DNA of 62,448 nt, from NCBI GenBank assembly GCA_014237925.1, contig JABACB010000006.1:1-62448 (forward strand), given 5' to 3'. The notes under the pieces were generated by a model. The model searched no databases and had not been told where the DNA came from. It saw only the letters and a program-made list of their open reading frames with translations. The number at the start of each line of letters is the position of its first letter. The stretch's first letter is position 1. Position numbers and translations under genes: made by a program. This DNA comes from Alphaproteobacteria bacterium. GTDB lineage: Bacteria > Pseudomonadota > Alphaproteobacteria > JABAAW01. Below are positions 57,109-62,448 of this stretch, piece by piece.

Positions 57109-58224
57109 ATGTTTCTTCTATTGCGTTTCTTCTTGGGATGGATCTTCCGCTTGGCACTCATCGCGCTCGTGTGCCTCGTCCTTGTGCAGAAAGCCTTCGG
57201 CACCTCGCGCATCAAAGACATCACCGACTTTGAAGGCGTGCGCGACAACATGCTCGTCGGATACGGAATCGCCGTCGGACTCAACGGCACAGGCGACACC
57301 CTGCAAGACTCGGTCTTCACACGCGAGAGCCTGCTCGGCATGCTCGAAAGACTCGGCGTGAATGCTCGCGACACAAACCTGCGCACCGACAATGTCGCCG
57401 CCGTCATGGTCACCGCAACGCTCTCGCCGTTTGCAAGACAAGGCTCGCGCCTCGATGTCACCGTCTCCGCGCTGGGAGACGCAACCTCCTTGCAAGGAGG
57501 CACTCTGCTCGTCACTCCCCTCATCGGCGCGGACGGAGAGGTCTACGCCGTAGCGCAAGGCAGGGTAGGAATCGGCGCGGTCAGCCGACAGGACGCGCTC
57601 AGACAAGGGCGCAATCAGCGCGGCGTTTCCACCAGCGGGCGCATCGCCGACGGCGGAATCGTCGAGCGTGAAGTCGCCTTCGACCTGAACGCGCGCCAAA
57701 ACCTGAAGCTGGCACTACGACAGCCCGATTTCACAACCGCCAGCAGAATCGCCGCTGCAATCAACGGCTTCGTCGGAGACGAGATCGCGCGTGCCATCGA
57801 TCCAGGAACAGTCGATTTGTTCATTCTCTCGCAGGAACGCGGTAGCGCCGTTTCGCTGATCGCCGATATCGAACAGCTGCGCGTTAGCACCGACCAACCC
57901 GCCAAGGTCGTCATCGACGAACATTCGGGCGTCATCGTCATGGGCGAGGATGTCGCCATCGAGGAGGTCGCCATCGCGCACGGAAATCTGACCATAAGAG
58001 TCAGCGCAGAAGTCGAAGAAAATCCCTTCGGCAACGCTGATGCAGAAGCCGTCATTCAACAAACCGCAGACGGCAACACCATAGCTCTCTTGCCGCGCAG
58101 CGTGCCCTTGCGAAGACTCGTCGAAGGACTCAACCGACTGGGAACGACACCGCGCGACCTCATCGAGATTTTGCAAACGATCAAAGCCGCAGGCGCGCTG
58201 AAAGCAGACCTGGTCGTGCTGTAA
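57109..58224 (+). CDS. flgI: Flagellar P-ring protein
   Basis: RIKDI...GVRDN.L.GYG..VGL.GTGD, NVAAVMVTA, SLQGGTLL and PDFTTA motifs. Confidence 0.97.
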   Translation: MFLLLRFFLGWIFRLALIALVCLVLVQKAFGTSRIKDITDFEGVRDNMLVGYGIAVGLNGTGDTLQDSVFTRESLLGMLERLGVNARDTNLRTDNVAAVMVTATLSPFARQGSRLDVTVSALGDATSLQGGTLLVTPLIGADGEVYAVAQGRVGIGAVSRQDALRQGRNQRGVSTSGRIADGGIVEREVAFDLNARQNLKLALRQPDFTTASRIAAAINGFVGDEIARAIDPGTVDLFILSQERGSAVSLIADIEQLRVSTDQPAKVVIDEHSGVIVMGEDVAIEEVAIAHGNLTIRVSAEVEENPFGNADAEAVIQQTADGNTIALLPRSVPLRRLVEGLNRLGTTPRDLIEILQTIKAAGALKADLVVL

Positions 58225-58266
58225 CGGCAAAACAAAACGAGACGAACACACAAAACGAGCCGAAAA

Positions 58267-58695
58267 ATGGACATCGCCACAAGACCCGACCTCCTCCCCT
58301 TGCTTTCGCCGCCCTCTCCGCCTGCGCTCGAGCGTGCGCTCGATGGGGCGAAGCAGAGCGATCACAAGCAACAGGCAAGGGTCGCCGCAGAAAAATTCGA
58401 GGCGTTCTTCTTGCGCACCGTCCTGGAAGACATGATCCCGGAACCCAAAGAAGACGCTTTCGGCGGAGGCAGCAACGCAGAAAAACTTTGGAACTCCATG
58501 CTCCACGAGCAATACGCCGAGATCCTGGCGCGGCGCGGCGGAATCGGCATCGCCGACCTCGTCTATCGACAGCTCCTGACGCTGCAAGAAGCAGGTCAAG
58601 AAGCAGCCCAAGAATCAGATCAAGAAGCGCCCCAAGAATCAGATCAAGCAACACCGAGCCTCCACCCTTCCGCCCTTGAGGAGCAAGCACGATGA
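58267..58695 (+). CDS. flgJ: Rod-binding (FlgJ N-terminal-like) protein
   Basis: A..FEA.FL..., FGGG..E..W.SML...YA..LA..GGIGIA motif. Confidence 0.85.
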   Translation: MDIATRPDLLPLLSPPSPPALERALDGAKQSDHKQQARVAAEKFEAFFLRTVLEDMIPEPKEDAFGGGSNAEKLWNSMLHEQYAEILARRGGIGIADLVYRQLLTLQEAGQEAAQESDQEAPQESDQATPSLHPSALEEQAR

Positions 58696-59249
58696 GCGAA
58701 CAAAGCGAAGAACAGCCGGAAGAACTTTCTTCCAAGCAGCCCGACAAGGAGTCGAACAAGGTTGTCTCCATCGATCCTTCGGCAGAGCTTTTTGGCGAGC
58801 TGGCACCCTTGGCGCGTGTCGTCTTGCATGCCACCGACATTGTCGAGGAAGAGACGCGGATGGTGGCAGGTCGTTCTTCTCTGAGCGCGTTGCGCGCCAT
58901 CGCACAGCAGAAGGAGGCTTTGCTCACCCAGCACGACCTTCAGCTCTTGCGTCTGAAGGGCAAGAAGGACAATGAGGAGGGCGACCTTGTCGCCTTCGTA
59001 TCGAAGTTGGACAGAGGCGTGCGAGAACGCCTGCGTGCCTTGTACGCTCGCCTTGAAGAGGCCTTGCGCCAAAACGGATTGCGCTTGAAGGCGGCATTGA
59101 CTTCTTCGGAGATGCTGCTGGCAGCCCTTTCAGAAGCGGCGCAAGGCGAAAGCGACAAGGGACCCCAACTCTACACGCCGCAGGGACGGTTGACCGAGAC
59201 GGGTTCGGTCTCCTTCTCGCGCTCGGTTGCAGCTGAGCACGAAGCGTAG
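58692..59249 (+). CDS. FlgN-like flagellar chaperone
   Basis: Helical protein with E...L......K..L, N...L and Y...G motifs between flgJ and flgK. Confidence 0.55.
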   Translation: MSEQSEEQPEELSSKQPDKESNKVVSIDPSAELFGELAPLARVVLHATDIVEEETRMVAGRSSLSALRAIAQQKEALLTQHDLQLLRLKGKKDNEEGDLVAFVSKLDRGVRERLRALYARLEEALRQNGLRLKAALTSSEMLLAALSEAAQGESDKGPQLYTPQGRLTETGSVSFSRSVAAEHEA

Positions 59250-59258
59250 GAGAAGACG

Positions 59259-60887
59259 ATGGCATTGTTTGCAACCTTGCGTAGCGCAGCTCTTTCCAGC
59301 CTAACCTTGAGCGACGCCGTGCGCTTGGGGTCGCAGAACATTGCCAACGCCGAAAATCCCAACTATCACCGTCACGAGGTCGATTTCTCCACGACGGATT
59401 TGAACTTGGTGCGCATCGCGCGCGTGCGCCGTGTGACAGCAGAGGGCTTGGAGCGGCGTTACACGCAACAGATATCAGAGGCTTCCTATCGCACAACCTT
59501 GCAGCGTTATACCGAGGAGCTGAAGATCGAGGCGGGATTGGGCGGCATCGCATCAGGATCGAGCAACCTAGAAGCACCCGCCTTGGACCTCGCCTTGCGC
59601 AGGTTCGAGCGTGCGTTGCGCGACTTGCAAGCCTCCCCCGAAAGCGGGAGCACCTACAACGAGTTCGTCGCAAGCGGTCGTGATTTCGCCTTGCAAATTC
59701 GTTCCTCGACGACGGGATTGCAACGCTTGCGTTTTCGTCTCGACGAGCGAATCGAACAGCAGACCGCAGAGGTGAACAGGCTGGTCGGACAGCTGCGCGA
59801 GGCGAATGTGCGCGTCGCACGCTCGCGCAACGCAGGGCAAGTCGAGGGGGCTGAAAACCAACGCGAGGAGATCTTGCGCAGCATCGCAGAGCGAATCTCG
59901 CTACAGGTGCTGGAGGACGACTCGGGCGCAAAAAACGTGTACTTGCAAAACGGACGAGCTTTGTTGCTGGGAGGAATCACCAACGAGCTCCGCTACGACC
60001 GCGGCACCAAGCAGTTCACCTTGAATGTCGATACCGATGTGGTCGCTGACGACGATACAAACAGATTGGGACCAGGCAGCCTGACAGCCCTGTTCGACCT
60101 GGTGCGCGAGGGGGAGACGAGCAGGGAAAGTACCGACGAAGATGTCGCCTTGATCGCAAAATACGAAGACCAGCTGGAAAGCTTGGCGCGCGCCTTCGTC
60201 GCAGGCAGCAGTCAAGGCACGGCGGTGGACGCGCAGACGGACTCGTTGAACGATGCTTTCCACCTAGCGCGCGCAGAGCAGTTGAGAGGCGAGGGTGCGA
60301 CGCAGGTGCAGCTGGACGCTTTGGCGCGTCGTGATTTGTTCGTTGCAAACGGAATTTCGGCAAGAAATCTGTTTCGTTTTGCAATCGAGTTTTCTCCCGA
60401 TATCATCAACGGCGTGCCTGATCGTGAACTGGCAGGAACGAACACCGTCGCGTTGGACCCTCGTGAAGCTTTGGAGTCGACGGATCCTTCGCGCAACATC
60501 TTGTCGGCGTTGCAGCTGGCTCAACGCAATTTCCCTCCTGCAACGCAGCCTCAGAACATCGAGGCGGCATTGACAGCAGCAGGCGTTCCCGACCCCGCCG
60601 TGCCCTTGTCGTTGCCGCCTTCGGCGCGACAGGAAAACCAAAACTATTACGGATTGGTGCAGGGAATCTCGGTCAGGTTGAACGACATTGCCGTCGCTTA
60701 CGACGACCGCGCCTTGCAGCAGCAGGGGACTCGTGAGGAGTTGCAAGTCTTGCTTTCTAACTTCGTCGGCGTCAACCTCGACGAGGAGTTTTTAAAGATC
60801 AGCCAGCTGCAGCAGACGTTCGCGGCGAACGCGCGTGTCATCGTTTCGGTGCAGGAGATGCTGGACGACTTGCTCGCAATCGTATAA
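59259..60887 (+). CDS. flgK: Flagellar hook-associated protein 1
   Basis: SQNIANA...Y.R N-terminus; GVNLDEE......Q....ANARV.....M...L C-terminus. Confidence 0.9.
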   Translation: MALFATLRSAALSSLTLSDAVRLGSQNIANAENPNYHRHEVDFSTTDLNLVRIARVRRVTAEGLERRYTQQISEASYRTTLQRYTEELKIEAGLGGIASGSSNLEAPALDLALRRFERALRDLQASPESGSTYNEFVASGRDFALQIRSSTTGLQRLRFRLDERIEQQTAEVNRLVGQLREANVRVARSRNAGQVEGAENQREEILRSIAERISLQVLEDDSGAKNVYLQNGRALLLGGITNELRYDRGTKQFTLNVDTDVVADDDTNRLGPGSLTALFDLVREGETSRESTDEDVALIAKYEDQLESLARAFVAGSSQGTAVDAQTDSLNDAFHLARAEQLRGEGATQVQLDALARRDLFVANGISARNLFRFAIEFSPDIINGVPDRELAGTNTVALDPREALESTDPSRNILSALQLAQRNFPPATQPQNIEAALTAAGVPDPAVPLSLPPSARQENQNYYGLVQGISVRLNDIAVAYDDRALQQQGTREELQVLLSNFVGVNLDEEFLKISQLQQTFAANARVIVSVQEMLDDLLAIV

Positions 60888-61106
60888 CACACCAATAGGG
60901 GACAACCTTCATTGACGAAAGGGCGTTGCCGCGCCGATGAGGAGAGAGAGCCGTCTTGCTCGTCTTGTAAAAAACGAGACGAGAGACAAGAGACGAGCGG
61001 TAGATAGCGTAACCGAGTGTCACGAGCGAGCGTAGATCGAGCGTAGATTTAGAGCGAGTCTCTTTTTATCGCCCTCCCAAGCCGCCTTCCCTGAAGCAGT
61101 CTTCCC

Positions 61107-62147
61107 ATGTCCCCCCTCCGCCCGCTCATCCTCTTCGGTCCCACCGCCAGCGGCAAATCGCGCCTTGCCCTCGCCCTCGCCCGAGCCCTCGCACACACCA
61201 CCACAACCCACATCGTCAATTGCGACTCGCTCCAACTCTACACACACTTGCCCATCCTCACCGCCCAACCCTCTGCTGCCGACCAAGCCGAAACGCCCCA
61301 CCACCTCTACGCCGTCGCCCATCCCTCTGAACGACTCTCGGCAGGGTTGTACGCAGAGAAAGCAACAGACCTGCTCCAACACCTCCAGCGCGATCACCCC
61401 TCCGATGCCGTCATCTTGTGCGGCGGCTCAGGACTCTATCTTAAGGCGCTGCTCGAAGGCTTGACCGAACTCCCACAACCCTCGCGCCGAGCCACACAAA
61501 AAATCCGCCGATGGCAGAAAGAACAGCGCGACCTCTATACGCTCCTACAACAACGCGACCCCGCAACCGCCGCCGCTCTCGCGCCACAAGACAAACATCG
61601 CATCGTGCGCGCGCTCGAATTCTACGAAACCTGCGGCGCGTCGCTCTTCGATGCTCGCAAGGGCGTCAAGCAATCCTCCCCCTTCGCGCAACAAGAAGAG
61701 CGACAGCCCTTGCTGATCTCGCTCACCCCCTGTCGAAAAATCTTGTACGCAGCGATCAACGCGCGCTTCGAACGCATGCTCCAACAAGGTGCCATCGAAG
61801 AGGTGCGCGCTCTCGAGGCAGAGAACGCCTTGCCTTGCGAAAGCCCCTTGCCTTGCGAAAGCCCCTTGCCTTGCGAAAGCCCTTTGCGTAGCGCGTTGGG
61901 CTTGAAAGAGATCGAAGCCTATTGCAGAGGAGAATCGTCCTGGCAAGCGATGGTCGAACGAGGACAGCAGAGGGTGAGAAATTACGCCAAAAGGCAGCTG
62001 ACTTGGATCCGCCACCAACTGCCTGGCAAGGCGTTGCTGCTGCAACGCCAGCTGACAGAATCGGTCGAAGAGGATTGCAACGGGGTTTGCCACGCGGTCG
62101 GGCAAGCTTGGAGCAAAGCTTCTTGCGCCGACAAGCCGTTCGTGTAG
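61107..62147 (+). CDS. miaA: tRNA dimethylallyltransferase
   Basis: GPTASGKS, N.DS.Q.Y..L.ILTA.P, PHHL, GG.GLY and R.YAKRQ.TW motifs. Confidence 0.96.
   Translation: MSPLRPLILFGPTASGKSRLALALARALAHTTTTHIVNCDSLQLYTHLPILTAQPSAADQAETPHHLYAVAHPSERLSAGLYAEKATDLLQHLQRDHPSDAVILCGGSGLYLKALLEGLTELPQPSRRATQKIRRWQKEQRDLYTLLQQRDPATAAALAPQDKHRIVRALEFYETCGASLFDARKGVKQSSPFAQQEERQPLLISLTPCRKILYAAINARFERMLQQGAIEEVRALEAENALPCESPLPCESPLPCESPLRSALGLKEIEAYCRGESSWQAMVERGQQRVRNYAKRQLTWIRHQLPGKALLLQRQLTESVEEDCNGVCHAVGQAWSKASCADKPFV
61828..61881. repeat. 18 bp tandem repeat x3 encoding LPCESP
   Basis: In frame within miaA. Confidence 0.95.
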
Positions 62148-62251
62148 AATAAGACTTTGCAGAATAGACTTTGCAGAATAGCCTTTGCAGAATAGCCCTG
62201 CAAAACAACCCTGCGAAACAACCCTCCTTGCTTTCTTCCGCGCTCCTTTCC

Positions 62252-62448
62252 ATGTCCTCCTCCCCCCTTAACGGTGCCGAAGTGGTGGTGAAAGCTCTTG
62301 TCGATCAGGGCGTCGAGATCATTTTCGGCTACCCCGGCGGCGCCGTGCTTCCCATCTACGATGCGATCTTCCAGCAAAATCGCTTGCGCCACATTCTCGT
62401 GCGCCACGAACAGGGAGCAGCCCACGCCGCCGAGGGCTATGCGCGTGC
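62252..62448 (+). CDS. ilvB: Acetolactate synthase large subunit, 5' part (runs off the window)
   Basis: [38 protein letters not shown]...[15 protein letters not shown], translated by hand; not in the ORF track. Confidence 0.92.
   Translation, partial: MSSSPLNGAEVVVKALVDQGVEIIFGYPGGAVLPIYDAIFQQNRLRHILVRHEQGAAHAAEGYAR

Noticed and set aside
1-62448. Prophage, IS element, integron or defence island
   Set aside because: No integrase, transposase, phage structural or nuclease motifs recognised, and no tRNA 3'-end duplication (att site) seen

Overview
Chromosomal window from a GC-rich Alphaproteobacterium. The assignment rests on hemC-hemD-mic60-hemY, lptF-lptG-lptD-surA-pdxA-rsmA, hisS-prfA-prmC-DUF4167, ffs-dnaX, proS-lolE-lolD and flgI-flgJ-flgN-flgK synteny. 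The content is mostly housekeeping: about 53 CDS, two tRNAs without encoded CCA, a divergent SRP RNA and a reversed hicB-hicA pair. I found no phage, transposase, integrase, reverse transcriptase or CRISPR array. The unusual signals are at the DNA level. (1) Dozens of unrelated 6-39 bp tandem repeats occur in nearly every spacer and inside core genes, where every unit I checked is a multiple of 3. (2) Kilobase-scale G+T to A+C strand-skew switches recur, several between co-oriented genes and often centred on AT-rich patches. Protein-level oddities are a threonine synthase with a ~390 aa acidic repeat tail, a beta-barrel with a compositionally distinct helical insert, a DnaX missing most of its tau C-terminal region, a mosaic hisS, a Mic60 with an N-terminal Cro-like HTH, and an orphan small ORF behind a near-perfect sigma-54 promoter. 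All calls come from motif recognition by eye; no database searches were run.
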